DNA of 44,207 nt from a virus. Taxonomy: Duplodnaviria > Heunggongvirae > Uroviricota > Caudoviricetes. The notes beneath the pieces were generated by a model. That model was not told where the DNA came from. It saw only the letters and a program-made list of their open reading frames with translations, and ran no database searches. The DNA is taken from the IMG/VR virus record IMGVR_UViG_638341086_000016; one strand, written 5' to 3'. Position numbers and translations under genes: made by a program. Positions 26,925 to 35,762 of the stretch are shown here, one piece after another. The stretch's first letter is position 1. Every line of letters begins with the position of its first letter.

Positions 26925-27602
26925 TCAGTAGCGATGCAGTGAAGGCGGCAACTCTTTGTTCTTAAGCCTTTCCCATGCCAGAAGGTTCGTCGGCCCGTCA
27001 GGCTCATAAATATCTATATCCCGCGTGTGATTAATTAAAACGCCCCTCGCCCTCCCGATGATATACGAGAACTCATAGCCGTAGTCGTGGCATATGCCGG
27101 AATAGCCAGACTGAATCAGTTTTAATGCGGGATACAACTCACGGAACAATGCCTGTGAGCGGTTGGCATAATCCCACAGCCATACAAGGCTGTCTGTTTC
27201 TTTTGCGGAAAGCCCGTTGAGCTTCTTCTCTTGTTTGCCAGTATTTTTCTCGCACTGGCTGAAATAGCAGTCTTCCAGTTTTTCGAACACATCCCACGCC
27301 TGATCGGTTTCGAGCATTTTTGCGTGACGGGCTGCGCCGCGTTCTGTCCAGAGGATGAGGGAGCGGGCATTTTTACCAACTAACCCGATTGTTTCGGGTC
27401 TGTTCTTAAACTCGCGTAATTCGTTTTTTTCAATTTTAAAGTAATGCTTTCCGGGCATGAATCGCGTCGTGTTGTTCAGAAAGTTATCAGAAATGTTTTT
27501 GATTTTTGTTCCGTAAAGGTGAGCCAACAGTTCAGTAGTAATTACGGGGATCTGGTTATAGGTAACAGGGGAAAGGTTTTCGACAGAAATTTGAACAGCC
27601 AT
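26925..27602 (-). CDS. antirepressor-type N-terminal domain protein (ORF6N/KilA-N-like)
   Basis: 225 aa; block ...[38 protein letters not shown]... resembles ORF6N/Rha-type regulatory domains; flanked by terminators on both sides. Confidence 0.5.
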   Translation of the reverse strand: MAVQISVENLSPVTYNQIPVITTELLAHLYGTKIKNISDNFLNNTTRFMPGKHYFKIEKNELREFKNRPETIGLVGKNARSLILWTERGAARHAKMLETDQAWDVFEKLEDCYFSQCEKNTGKQEKKLNGLSAKETDSLVWLWDYANRSQALFRELYPALKLIQSGYSGICHDYGYEFSYIIGRARGVLINHTRDIDIYEPDGPTNLLAWERLKNKELPPSLHRY

Positions 27603-27763
27603 AATGACCTCGCGTTTCGATAATTTTTACCTCGCCACCGTCAGGTGCTAATCATCGTGGTGGCGAACTGTGCGGGGTTAGCACTACCGGTCGAAACATC
27701 CGGCGAGCCTTTCGGCTCCCCCACACAGCCCGCCATAAATCGCGAATGTGACTGTGCTTAGCG

Positions 27764-27788
27764 CATAAAAAAACCGCCAGCGCGGTTA
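27764..27788 (-). terminator. terminator-like hairpin AACCGC-CAGC-GCGGTT plus U-run downstream of ninE
   Basis: Same 6-bp stem as at 5937 and 13650; A7 on + strand. Confidence 0.5.
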
Positions 27789-27877
27789 TGCACCGTTTCG
27801 ATATCCGGGGTGCTAATCCCGACGCCAGATTTTGCTGGCGCGTGAGGAATATAGCCCCGAATAAATCATCGCGTCAA

Positions 27878-28060
27878 TCACCTTGTTTTCCTCGCACGAT
27901 GTCTTAGCCACCGGATATCCCACAGGTGAGCCGTGTAGTTGAAGGTTTTTACGTCAGATTCTTTTGGGATTGGCTTGCGTTTATTTCTGGAGCGTTTCGT
28001 TGGAAGGTATTTGCAGTTTTCGCAGATGATGTCGGTGATACATCTTCGCTGTCGCCTCAT
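27878..28060 (-). CDS. ninE: NinE-like protein
   Basis: Internal start of track ORF gives about 60 aa [60 protein letters not shown]. Confidence 0.7.
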   Translation of the reverse strand: MRRQRRCITDIICENCKYLPTKRSRNKRKPIPKESDVKTFNYTAHLWDIRWLRHRARKTR

Positions 28061-28584
28061 GCCGCCATCCTGACGCCCTGCCCGATCGCCATCAATGCCG
28101 CTTTGGATACNGTAGTAAACATNCGTCGAGGACTGATGAACGGTCGCCAAATCAGCAGCATGGANCCTTTGCTGTTTCCCTTCTTCTCCAGCCCTGTCGA
28201 TGGTTCGATAAAATTAATCCGTCCATCAGTGATAATGCGAACTTCGTCAACACTCTCCAGAGCCTTGCTGAACCATCCGACTGACATATCCTCTGGTACA
28301 AGCATAACTACCGTCTGTCGCTGTTGTATGCACTGCTCAGCGGCTTTTTCCACCCACGGCCTGATATTGCTGTACGGTGGGTTATTCCAGATTGCACCGT
28401 GGCTTACCCACTCAGAATTGAGCGCGTCGTCGGCCTCAGTTAGCCAGTGAGCACACAGAGCATTTTTGTCGCTCGCTGCCGAATCCAGCCAGAATCCAAA
28501 CTCAATATCCAGTGCATCAAAAAGCCAAAGCGGCGTTTGCCAGCAGTCCTTGTCGTGTGCTGGCGTATTTGATTTGATAGTCAT
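28057..28584 (-). CDS. DNA N6-adenine methyltransferase (phage Dam-like)
   Basis: 175 aa; N-terminal ...[13 protein letters not shown]... and catalytic NPPY motif (IWNNPPYSN); C-terminal part contains X from ambiguous bases. Confidence 0.8.
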   Translation of the reverse strand: MTIKSNTPAHDKDCWQTPLWLFDALDIEFGFWLDSAASDKNALCAHWLTEADDALNSEWVSHGAIWNNPPYSNIRPWVEKAAEQCIQQRQTVVMLVPEDMSVGWFSKALESVDEVRIITDGRINFIEPSTGLEKKGNSKXSMLLIWRPFISPRXMFTXVSKAALMAIGQGVRMAA

Positions 28585-29027
28585 GCAGCCCTACCTTTTC
28601 GTTGTGACCATTCATACTCTCGCCGGGAGTCATCACTCCACCGCACGTTGCGCTCTGAGCCGAACCAGAACATGATTTCGATAAGCTCAGTCATGCTGGC
28701 CTTCCGCATTTTGCTGGTACGCACGCCAAGCATGACAACGCCACCGTCGATACCAGGCACACTTCGTTGCTCCAGTTTTTTGGTCTTAAGCCACAGGGCA
28801 GTGAACAGGTCTTTCCAGTCTTCCGGCGCCAGCCGTTGACCATGCCATAGCACCTGACGCGAAACATCGTTCAGCATCGGCCACATACGGTCATTCTGCG
28901 CTTTGCTGCGCCTGGGTTCTTTAACGTGGACTTCGTGGGGTGACTTGTCGTCGATGGGTAGTGAGAGAATGGCGTCTATGGCGTTATTTCTGATTGCTTC
29001 GTTGCGAAGCAGAAAGGNTTGCTTCAT
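28581..29027 (-). CDS. ninB: NinB-like recombination protein
   Basis: Internal start MKQ(X)FLLRNEAIRNNAIDAILSLP...; conserved ...QNDRMWPMLNDVSRQVLWHGQRL... and C-terminal ...SERNVRWSDDSRREYEW... as in lambda NinB. Confidence 0.75.
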   Translation of the reverse strand: MKQXFLLRNEAIRNNAIDAILSLPIDDKSPHEVHVKEPRRSKAQNDRMWPMLNDVSRQVLWHGQRLAPEDWKDLFTALWLKTKKLEQRSVPGIDGGVVMLGVRTSKMRKASMTELIEIMFWFGSERNVRWSDDSRREYEWSQRKGRAA

Positions 29028-29220
29028 CTCCTGCTCTCCGGTTCCATTTTTCAGCCGCCGCAGCAACTGATGGTGCCCATGCCCCCCTGGCTTCACAGAG
29101 GTCACATTCTGCATAGCCCCACACATCAATATTTATTCCGGCCTCAACCCACAGACGAGCATTACCGCCGCAAAACGGACATTCTTTTAGCTTTGGCTGG
29201 GTTAATGATAGGTCGCTCAT
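28984..29220 (-). CDS. Lar-family restriction-alleviation-like zinc-ribbon protein
   Basis: Internal start (AAGGAG RBS) gives MSDLSLTQPKLKECPFCGGNARLWVEAGINIDVWGYAECDLCEARGAWAPS... with two Cys pairs; 3' end uncertain (ambiguous base, overlap with ninB). Confidence 0.5.
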   Translation of the reverse strand: MSDLSLTQPKLKECPFCGGNARLWVEAGINIDVWGYAECDLCEARGAWAPSVAAAAEKWNRRAGDEAXLSASQRSNQK

Positions 29221-29230
29221 GCTCACTCCT

Positions 29231-29446
29231 TCACTTAAAATCCAGACTCCGGATAATTCTGTTGCGCTGAAACTCATTGTTGAGTTTGAACAACCGTCGA
29301 AGAACACGGTCACGCGGATAGCGTCGTGCGGCAGGTGAATGCTCATACAACTCATCAAGCGGCAAACTGAACGATGAACGATACCGATACCAACGCACCA
29401 ACTCTTCACGAAAATTAGCCCTGACAAGCTCAGCTATCGTACTCAT
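29231..29446 (-). CDS. hypothetical protein
   Basis: 71-aa basic ORF directly upstream of the Lar-like gene. Confidence 0.35.
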   Translation of the reverse strand: MSTIAELVRANFREELVRWYRYRSSFSLPLDELYEHSPAARRYPRDRVLRRLFKLNNEFQRNRIIRSLDFK

Positions 29447-29578
29447 TTCTTAAAACCTCCTCAAACGCATTCTGACGCATTTTTCATTCTCGCTGCTTAT
29501 TGGCATACCTTGCACGCGTTTACCTCGCTACAGAGCGATTGTGATGCCTTAAAAGCGATTTATTGAAGTGATATTTGC

Positions 29579-29872
29579 TTAATCGAAATTCTTTTCTTTG
29601 ATTCCTGCGGCCCTGATGGCTTTCATTACTGCAATTACCGTTTTGTCACGCCCATCCTCATAACCCATCGCATAAGCACCTTCTTCACCATCTTTCCAAA
29701 GGTCGTCATTCGATTCGGGCCAGTCGATATCCAGTTCAATAGCTGCTCGTGATGCCTGCCATATCACCCAGGCAAACTCTTTTAATTCATCGTCTTCTGT
29801 AAACTGGCTTTTGTCTTTTGACCACCAGTTTTCAAACTGTCGGTAGCTATCGTTCACTTCCCTCTCCCCCAA
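29579..29872 (-). CDS. hypothetical highly acidic Trp-rich protein
   Basis: 97 aa with about 25 percent Asp+Glu (…WPESNDDLWKDGEEGAYAMGYEDGRD…); no family recognised. Confidence 0.45.
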   Translation of the reverse strand: MGEREVNDSYRQFENWWSKDKSQFTEDDELKEFAWVIWQASRAAIELDIDWPESNDDLWKDGEEGAYAMGYEDGRDKTVIAVMKAIRAAGIKEKNFD

Positions 29873-29927
29873 ATAAAAAGGCCTGCGATTACCAGCAGGC
29901 CTGTTACAAGCTCAGTGATGTAGATGG

Positions 29928-30218
29928 TCATCTTTTAACTCCATATACCGCCAATACCCGTTTCATCGCTGCACTCTGGCGACACTCCTTAAAAATCAGG
30001 TTCGTGCTCACCTTTCCTTCCCGTTCTTCCCTGGTAGCAAACCGGTAATACACCGTTCGCCAGACCTTACCTTCGATAACCAGAAGACCTGCCCGTGCCA
30101 TTTTAGCCGCGGCCTGATTTATGCTGGTTACTGTTGCGCCTGTTAGCGCGGCAACGTCCGGCGCACAGAAGCTATTATGCGTCCCCAGGTAATGAATAAT
30201 TGCCTCTTTGCCCGTCAT
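29928..30218 (-). CDS. ren: Ren protein
   Basis: 96 aa MTGKEAIIHYLGTHNSFCAPDVAALTGATVTSINQAAAKMARAGLLVIEGKVWRTVYYRF..., essentially lambda Ren. Confidence 0.85.
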   Translation of the reverse strand: MTGKEAIIHYLGTHNSFCAPDVAALTGATVTSINQAAAKMARAGLLVIEGKVWRTVYYRFATREEREGKVSTNLIFKECRQSAAMKRVLAVYGVKR

Positions 30219-30916
30219 ACACTTGCTCCTTTCAGTCCGAACTTAGCTTTAATTTCTGCGATCTTCGCCAGCGCCTGAACATGATTTAGAGGTCTGCCGC
30301 CCATGACAGGAAGTTGTTTTACTGGTTCAGGGATCACCTCACCACGATTAATTCTCGCAGTCATATGGACAAGCTCATCTGCGGCCTTGCGCCGTAATTC
30401 CGCGTCAGTCAGCGCATTGGCCCGCATGTTCTGGTACAGGTTGGTAACCAGCCAGTAGTGCGCGTTNGATTTCCACGGATAAGACTCTGCATCCGGATAC
30501 AGGCCNCGCTTCCGGCAATACTCGTAAACCATATCAACCAGCTCGCTGACGTTTGGCAGTCCGGCGATAACGGATGCTTCTTCCCGGCACCATGCAACAA
30601 ACTGCCCGGGTGATGGAAGAAATGGTCGATTCTGCCGACGGGCTACGCGCATTCCTGCGTTAACCTGTTCCATCGAGGTGATCCCGTTTTCCCGGAAAGC
30701 CAGAACCCACTGGCGGCGGATTTCATTCAGTTCGTTCTGGTCCCGGTTAGCCAGACTCGCCGGGAAAGTTGCCAGTAACTGGCTGAACACACCGTTGATG
30801 ATCTGCGCTACCTGTTGTACCTGCGGCTTTTCGTCGTACTGTTCCGGCATGTTGTTGGCGATCAGACGCATCTGCTCACGGTCAAAGTTAACCATCTGTG
30901 CGGCGATGTTTTTCAT
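30215..30916 (-). CDS. P: replication protein P (DnaB helicase loader)
   Basis: 233 aa, lambda P-like over full length (MKNIAAQMVNFDREQMR...KFGLKGASV); two X residues. Confidence 0.9.
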   Translation of the reverse strand: MKNIAAQMVNFDREQMRLIANNMPEQYDEKPQVQQVAQIINGVFSQLLATFPASLANRDQNELNEIRRQWVLAFRENGITSMEQVNAGMRVARRQNRPFLPSPGQFVAWCREEASVIAGLPNVSELVDMVYEYCRKXGLYPDAESYPWKXNAHYWLVTNLYQNMRANALTDAELRRKAADELVHMTARINRGEVIPEPVKQLPVMGGRPLNHVQALAKIAEIKAKFGLKGASV

Positions 30917-31784
30917 AAATCCACCCCGTAAATCCAGTCAGTGTTTGTCAGGTCGAGTTTTGGTTTTCCAGCTGTCACGCCAGCCTGTTGCTTGTTACGG
31001 TTGATTTCGAGTTGGGTCCACTTGTCGCGGAGTTTGGCCGGACTTAGCACGTTACCGGACCAGAAGTTGTCCTGGCATGCCCAGCGGAACAGCACGCACA
31101 TATCGCGGTGGTTACGTCCGTCACGTTCACGCATCAGGCGGATATCGTTAGCCCACCCTGCAAAATTCGGTTTTCTGGCTGATGGTGCGATGGTCTTCAC
31201 CATGTCAAACATCCACTCTGCGGCGGTCAGGTCTTCTGCTGTTCCCCACTTGCTGCCGCTCTGAATTGCAGCATCCGGTTTAACCACAGAAAGATCGTTT
31301 TCTGGCTGGTCAGAGGATTCGCCAGAATTCTCGGACGAATAATCTTTTCTTTTTTCTTTTGTAATAGTGTCTTTTGTGTCCCCCTGTTTTGAGGGATGTC
31401 CCTCATTTTAGGGGAACCTCCCTCGTTTTGAGGGATGCACCATTCTGAGATGTTTTTATTTGGTCCAAACATGCCGCCTTGCTGCTTGATAATATTCATT
31501 CTGACGAGTTCTAACTTGGCTTCATTGCACCGTTTGACAGGTAACTTTGTAATCTCGCTAAGTTGAGAATCGGTGATTCTGTCCATTGGTTTATTCCACC
31601 CATAGGTTTTACGCAGAATGGCAAGCAGCACTTTAAACTGTCGCTTGGTCAGATCTGCGCCTGAATAAGCCTCAATCAGCATATTTGATAGTCTGGCGTA
31701 ACCATCATCGAGATCTGCCACATTACGCTCCTGTTCGGCAAAGTTACCTCTGCCGAAGTTGAGTATTTTTGCTGTATTTGTCAT
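30913..31784 (-). pseudogene. O: replication initiator O, split into two frames inside the ori iterons
   Basis: Track ORF 31227..31784 is the lambda-O N-terminal DNA-binding domain (MTNTAKILNFGRGNF...EWCIPQNEG) and 30913..31287 is the O C-terminal domain (...AAEWMFDMVKTIAPSARKPNF...TDWIYGVDL); they are offset by one base with a TAA in the downstream frame. Confidence 0.75.
31378..31435. repeat. ori iterons (three copies of TCCCTCAAAACGAGGGA-type repeat) with AT-rich region at about 31290..31375
   Basis: On - strand TCCCTCAAAACGAGGGA, TCCCCTAAAATGAGGGA, TCCCTCAAAACAGGGGGA; lambda has four, the third appears absent here. Confidence 0.8.
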
Positions 31785-31816
31785 AATGACTCCTGTGGAT
31801 TGATCCAGTAATTCCC

Positions 31817-32113
31817 TCAGAATTGCATATCAATTTGCTTAGAGTCCCCGGCGGCCACCGGGGATTTTCTCTTTGTGATTTCATCAAGCGCATACTTAAA
31901 AGCCCTGCTAATCGGACTGATGTCTGATGCCATTCCGAAAGCACACAAGACCGAAGCAATAAATCTCCAGTCCGTTCTGCTTATCTTCGATTCATGACAG
32001 CCAATCATCTTTGCCAGACCGCGCTGGGTAAGCGTTGACAGGTTGATGAGTAAATCAGTTTCAGCGCGATCAATTTCTCGCTGTGTTGGCTTGCTGTAGC
32101 TTGCTTGTGCCAT
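31817..32113 (-). CDS. cII: transcriptional activator CII
   Basis: 98 aa; helix-turn-helix ...LAKMIGCHESKISR... and C-terminus ...KQIDMQF parallel to lambda CII ...QIQMEF. Confidence 0.8.
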   Translation of the reverse strand: MAQASYSKPTQREIDRAETDLLINLSTLTQRGLAKMIGCHESKISRTDWRFIASVLCAFGMASDISPISRAFKYALDEITKRKSPVAAGDSKQIDMQF

Positions 32114-32180
32114 TTGTTAATTTTCCTATATTGATATTGAGTTATAGCGGCACACCCAATGGATTTGCCGCTGATGTTTG

Positions 32181-32200
32181 CTCACCCGGTTAGAGGTGAA
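32181..32200 (-). promoter_or_regulatory. nutR boxB hairpin (phage-21 type)
   Basis: - strand TTCACCTCTAACCGGGTGAG between cro and cII. Confidence 0.6.
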
Positions 32201-32230
32201 AGGCCATGACTGTTAAAGAGCGGGTACTGC

Positions 32231-32449
32231 TTAGGCGGCTTTGTTACTGGATGGAGGGAAAACATCATCCAAAGAACATTGGCACCCTAACTTCCTGAGG
32301 CCTTCTACGATCATTCGGCAATCGTTAAGGCCAGGAGTACGGATATTCAGCTCATAGTTGGCGATGCGGGATTGCCCCCAACCAATTGCCGAAGCTAGTA
32401 CAGCTTGCGAAACTCCGATTTTTTTTCGCTGCTGGGCAATTTTGTTCAT
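32231..32449 (-). CDS. cro: Cro-like repressor (HTH)
   Basis: Internal start MNKIAQQRKKIGVSQAVLASAIGWGQSRIANYE... (about 72 aa); divergent from cI. Confidence 0.75.
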   Translation of the reverse strand: MNKIAQQRKKIGVSQAVLASAIGWGQSRIANYELNIRTPGLNDCRMIVEGLRKLGCQCSLDDVFPPSSNKAA

Positions 32450-32557
32450 TGCGGTCTCCCTAGCATTAATCACACACCCATTACACACAATTTGTGATTA
32501 ACAGTCAACCTCAATTCGTGTACAGAGTTCAATCACGTTGCGTGTTACATTTAAGGG
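32450..32557. promoter_or_regulatory. immunity operator/promoter region OR with PR and PRM
   Basis: Intergenic region between divergent cro and cI containing the 9-bp inverted repeat TTAATCACA...TGTGATTAA and further TGTGA/TCACA half-sites also seen near OL. Confidence 0.6.
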
Positions 32558-33205
32558 ATGAAAACGATGCATGAAATTATCGGGGAAAGGATCAAGTCCC
32601 TTAGAGAAGCTAAAGGACTTAGCCAGGCTCAATTGGCCAAGCTTTGCGGCTGGGCTGCGCCTTCACGCCTGGGGAACTACGAGTTAGGAACAAGAAAGGT
32701 TAGCGCGGATGACGCGCTGGTTCTTGGGGCGGCACTCGGCGTATCTCCGGCAAAAATAATGTTTGGCGAGGATTCAGACGCCGTATTTCGCCAATATGAA
32801 TACCCGTTATTTTCTTCAGTGCAGGCCGGGCCATTTTCGGAGGTGGGAAGCTACACAGCCAGCGATGCAAAGGCATGGGTCCCAACGACCACAAAAGCCA
32901 GCGAAAAAGCTTTCTGGCTTGAGGTGAAGGGGCATTCAATGACGGCGCCTCAGGGGGTTCGTCCAAGTTTTCCGGAAGGCATGCTGATACTCGTTGATCC
33001 GGCTGAGCCGGTAGAGTCTGGGGATTTCTGCGTGGCTTCTGCAAATGGTGATTCAGAGGCAACGTTCAAGAAGTATGAGAAGGATGCAGGGGTTAGTTAC
33101 CTGGTACCTTTAAACCCGGCATATAGAACCCTGGATTGCGACCATAGCTGCCGCATCATAGGCAAGGTAGTTAAGGCGCAGTGGCCTGAAGAGACGTTTG
33201 GCTGA
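32558..33205 (+). CDS. cI: CI prophage repressor (HTH plus LexA-like S24 autoprotease domain)
   Basis: 215 aa; N-terminal HTH ([12 protein letters not shown]), C-terminal ...GHSMTAPQG... and ...ATFKKYE... signature of S24 repressors. Confidence 0.9.
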   Translation: MKTMHEIIGERIKSLREAKGLSQAQLAKLCGWAAPSRLGNYELGTRKVSADDALVLGAALGVSPAKIMFGEDSDAVFRQYEYPLFSSVQAGPFSEVGSYTASDAKAWVPTTTKASEKAFWLEVKGHSMTAPQGVRPSFPEGMLILVDPAEPVESGDFCVASANGDSEATFKKYEKDAGVSYLVPLNPAYRTLDCDHSCRIIGKVVKAQWPEETFG

Positions 33206-33327
33206 TCGGCAAGGTGTTCTGGTCGGCGCATAGCTGGTAATCCAACTTTTCCCTGTTCTTTTTATGCAAATTAATCTAATGAAATTGAAAAGATTTTTAC
33301 CTATTTTGTTGGTTCAGGAGAACATAA

Positions 33328-33609
33328 GTGAGCGATAAACAAGAAGTTTCCTTAGCACATATCAATGATGTGCTGGAGTCCAAAAATTATATTGAAACTA
33401 ATGCTGATGGGGTTGTAACCATCGGAACGGATAACAATGGCTACGAAGTTTTTAACTTCGTTTTTCTCAATAGCACCCCTGTCATCGGCCATATGAATGG
33501 CGAAATCGCAGTGGCAGGAATGCAGCGCACTAAGGTTGCGTCCGTGACTTTAAGTAAACAGAAGGCCTTCGATTTCTATCAGTCCTTGAAAAGCATGTTC
33601 GAGGAATAA
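33328..33609 (+). CDS. hypothetical protein, first gene of a two-gene cassette in the rexAB position
   Basis: 93 aa, GTG start 8 nt after AGGAG; AT-rich; 120-bp AT-rich spacer after cI. Confidence 0.5.
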   Translation: MSDKQEVSLAHINDVLESKNYIETNADGVVTIGTDNNGYEVFNFVFLNSTPVIGHMNGEIAVAGMQRTKVASVTLSKQKAFDFYQSLKSMFEE

Positions 33610-33615
33610 AAGCTG

Positions 33616-34167
33616 ATGAATGCAGCTCAATCATCTTTGGATGAGGGAAAGCTAGTAATTGCTTACTCTGATAAGAATGGCTCTACAGTAGGGCTGGAAT
33701 TTTCTTCTGTAGCATCAAGCCAAGCAACGCTCTTGATGAAAGCTTGTTCTGTTGCTGCTTCAGATAAAGAAAAACGGATTGTCACATCGGTTGTGATGGA
33801 TGATACTGAGATCATTCAAACAACAAGTGATGATGGAGGCGACGACATGGATAAGCGATTAGCAGTTCTTGAAGCTGAAGTTGCGCACATCAAGAGCAGC
33901 ATGGCAGGAATTAAAGAGGATACCCGGAAAATATCTTCTGATTCTACTGACGCCAAAAGAGACACCGCTGTACTTTTACAGAAGAGCCTGGATTTTGATG
34001 CTTCATTATCTAAGAAACCATCGGTTGACTACTTTGAAGCTAAATTTTCCGCTTTGGAAACCAAGATAGCAGATGTAAAAGTATGGATGCTCGGGGTTCT
34101 CCTGGCCTCGCTTGCTATGCCAACTATATTTTTCCTAATAAACTTGTACCTTAAGAAAGGTCAGTAA
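33616..34167 (+). CDS. hypothetical tail-anchored membrane protein with central coiled coil, second gene of the cassette
   Basis: 183 aa; acidic N-domain, heptad-like middle (RLAVLEAEVAHIKSSMAGIKEDTRK), single C-terminal hydrophobic helix VWMLGVLLASLAMPTIFFLINLYL. Confidence 0.5.
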   Translation: MNAAQSSLDEGKLVIAYSDKNGSTVGLEFSSVASSQATLLMKACSVAASDKEKRIVTSVVMDDTEIIQTTSDDGGDDMDKRLAVLEAEVAHIKSSMAGIKEDTRKISSDSTDAKRDTAVLLQKSLDFDASLSKKPSVDYFEAKFSALETKIADVKVWMLGVLLASLAMPTIFFLINLYLKKGQ

Positions 34168-34177
34168 TTTAGCAAAT

Positions 34178-34200
34178 CCGGCCACCGAGCCGGGTTTTTT
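34178..34200 (+). terminator. intrinsic terminator after the cI cassette
   Basis: CCGGC-CACCGA-GCCGG followed by GTTTTTTATT on + strand. Confidence 0.55.
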
Positions 34201-34419
34201 ATTGCCCGCCGATCACTATCAGGACAGCACCTGCCCGCCGGTCCAAACTATTGATTAAATTACTATAATTCTTAATACAACTCCCATATCCCGCCATCTC
34301 GCCACCACCCCATTCGCTCGTTTTTCGAACTTTTCAGCACCCATCCTGCTGTTGCCACCGACTTAAGTAAGCAAAACCATCGCGGGTAAAACTATTTACA
34401 CAAAAAAATCATACACATA

Positions 34420-34490
34420 ACGTGTCACACCTTTATTTTACACATTTTGTGATTGACCATTAAATCACAATATGTGACTATCATTTCCAT
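34420..34490 (+). promoter_or_regulatory. OL/PL operator-promoter region
   Basis: Palindromes TGTGATT-n7-AATCACA and TCACAATATGTGA with a TTGACC -35-like hexamer, upstream of nutL and N. Confidence 0.5.
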
Positions 34491-34549
34491 CAGCAGGACG
34501 CTGAGACGCCACAAGGAACAGATTGGCAGGCTCTTTAACATCGACGAAC

Positions 34550-34569
34550 TCTCAACCTAACCGTTGAGA
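34550..34569 (+). promoter_or_regulatory. nutL boxB hairpin (phage-21 type)
   Basis: TCTCAACCTAACCGTTGAGA: 7-bp stem, 6-nt loop, about 110 nt upstream of N. Confidence 0.6.
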
Positions 34570-34679
34570 CCAGAACTTGAGTGGTTTTGGGGATGGCGCG
34601 AATTGCAGCTGCAAGACAGCGATCGAGAAGATAAACACCTCGACGCGTCATGCGCCAAAGCCACTTAAAGGAGACCATC

Positions 34680-34952
34680 ATGGTAACCATTGTCTGGAAA
34701 GAATCCAAAGGTACGGCAAAAAGCCGCTACAAAGCTCGCAGAGCAGAACTTATTGCCGAGCGACGCAGTAATGAAGCACTGGCGCGAAAAATTGCGCTAA
34801 AGCTCTCTGGTTGCGTCAGAGCAGACAAAGCAGCATCACTCGGAAGCCTTCGCTGCAAGAAGGCAGATGAATGCAGTGGAAGTATTTGCCTGCCAAACGT
34901 AGCCATTTACGCGGCAGGCTACCGGAAATCAAAACAACTGACGGCGAGATGA
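34680..34952 (+). CDS. N: early antiterminator N (phage-21-type arginine-rich motif)
   Basis: Internal start with AAAGGAG RBS gives MVTIVWKESKGTAKSRYKARRAELIAERRSNEALARKIA..., as I recall the phage-21 N ARM peptide. Confidence 0.8.
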   Translation: MVTIVWKESKGTAKSRYKARRAELIAERRSNEALARKIALKLSGCVRADKAASLGSLRCKKADECSGSICLPNVAIYAAGYRKSKQLTAR

Positions 34953-34968
34953 TAAATTAATTTGCTAA

Positions 34969-35550
34969 TTACTTGTTTTTGCCATGCTTATCCTGAGCGA
35001 TAAGTTCATCCATAAGACTGTCTTTCTTCCCAGCAAACCTAATGTAGCACTCATTTCTATAGCGTTCCGGGATAACAAAACGGTCGATTTCAGGATATCC
35101 AGTAGCAGAAGGTACCCGAATAAGAAGCCCTTTTTCGAGCAATGAGATTGCTTCAGGGCTTCCCTTTTCTGTCTTTAGCTGGTTATTAGCGGCTACAGCG
35201 AATGCCAAATACGCTCTTTCTCCAAGAGTTAACGAATCAAACAAATCTTGCACGTATTTCTCTTCTTTAGATTTGCGCTTCTGAGCAGCGAATATCTCAA
35301 TTCTTTCAGTCACAGCGTGATAAGCGGAATTAACAACGCCGTTAAGCACATAGCTAACGCAAAACAACAGGATGTAATACATCCAGTAATGAGGAAGGAT
35401 TTCTGGATTATGCAGGTTTATCCATTCTTTTACGCTTACAGGCATAACAATAATCAATATAATCAGGATGATTAGCATATGAATCAACTGTTTAAGTGTC
35501 ATTCCTTGCAGGAAAAAATGCATTAGTTCCTGCCACCATGAGTTGTTCAT
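34969..35550 (-). CDS. sieB: superinfection exclusion protein B
   Basis: 193 aa MNNSWWQELMHFFLQGMTLKQLIHMLIILIILIIVMPVSV... with N-terminal TM helices, lambda/P22 SieB-like; opposite strand to N as in lambda. Confidence 0.8.
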   Translation of the reverse strand: MNNSWWQELMHFFLQGMTLKQLIHMLIILIILIIVMPVSVKEWINLHNPEILPHYWMYYILLFCVSYVLNGVVNSAYHAVTERIEIFAAQKRKSKEEKYVQDLFDSLTLGERAYLAFAVAANNQLKTEKGSPEAISLLEKGLLIRVPSATGYPEIDRFVIPERYRNECYIRFAGKKDSLMDELIAQDKHGKNK

Positions 35551-35762
35551 CGGCGTTTCTCTTTTGCTCTCTGTAGGGGTGAATAGAGTTTATCCGATTT
35601 CTCGCTGTAGGGGTACACGAGAACCACCGAGCCTGATGTGGTTAAAAGACAGGCATACTAATAAACACTGCACTGTGTATTCATTCCAACGAGTGAATAC
35701 ACTGAGCAATGTCGCTCGTAACTAAACAGGAGCCGACTTGTTCTGATTATTGGAAATCTTCT

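Noticed and set aside
32700-33062. 120-aa - strand ORF inside cI
   Set aside because: Antisense to the well-supported cI repressor gene; Pro/Arg-rich, no RBS.
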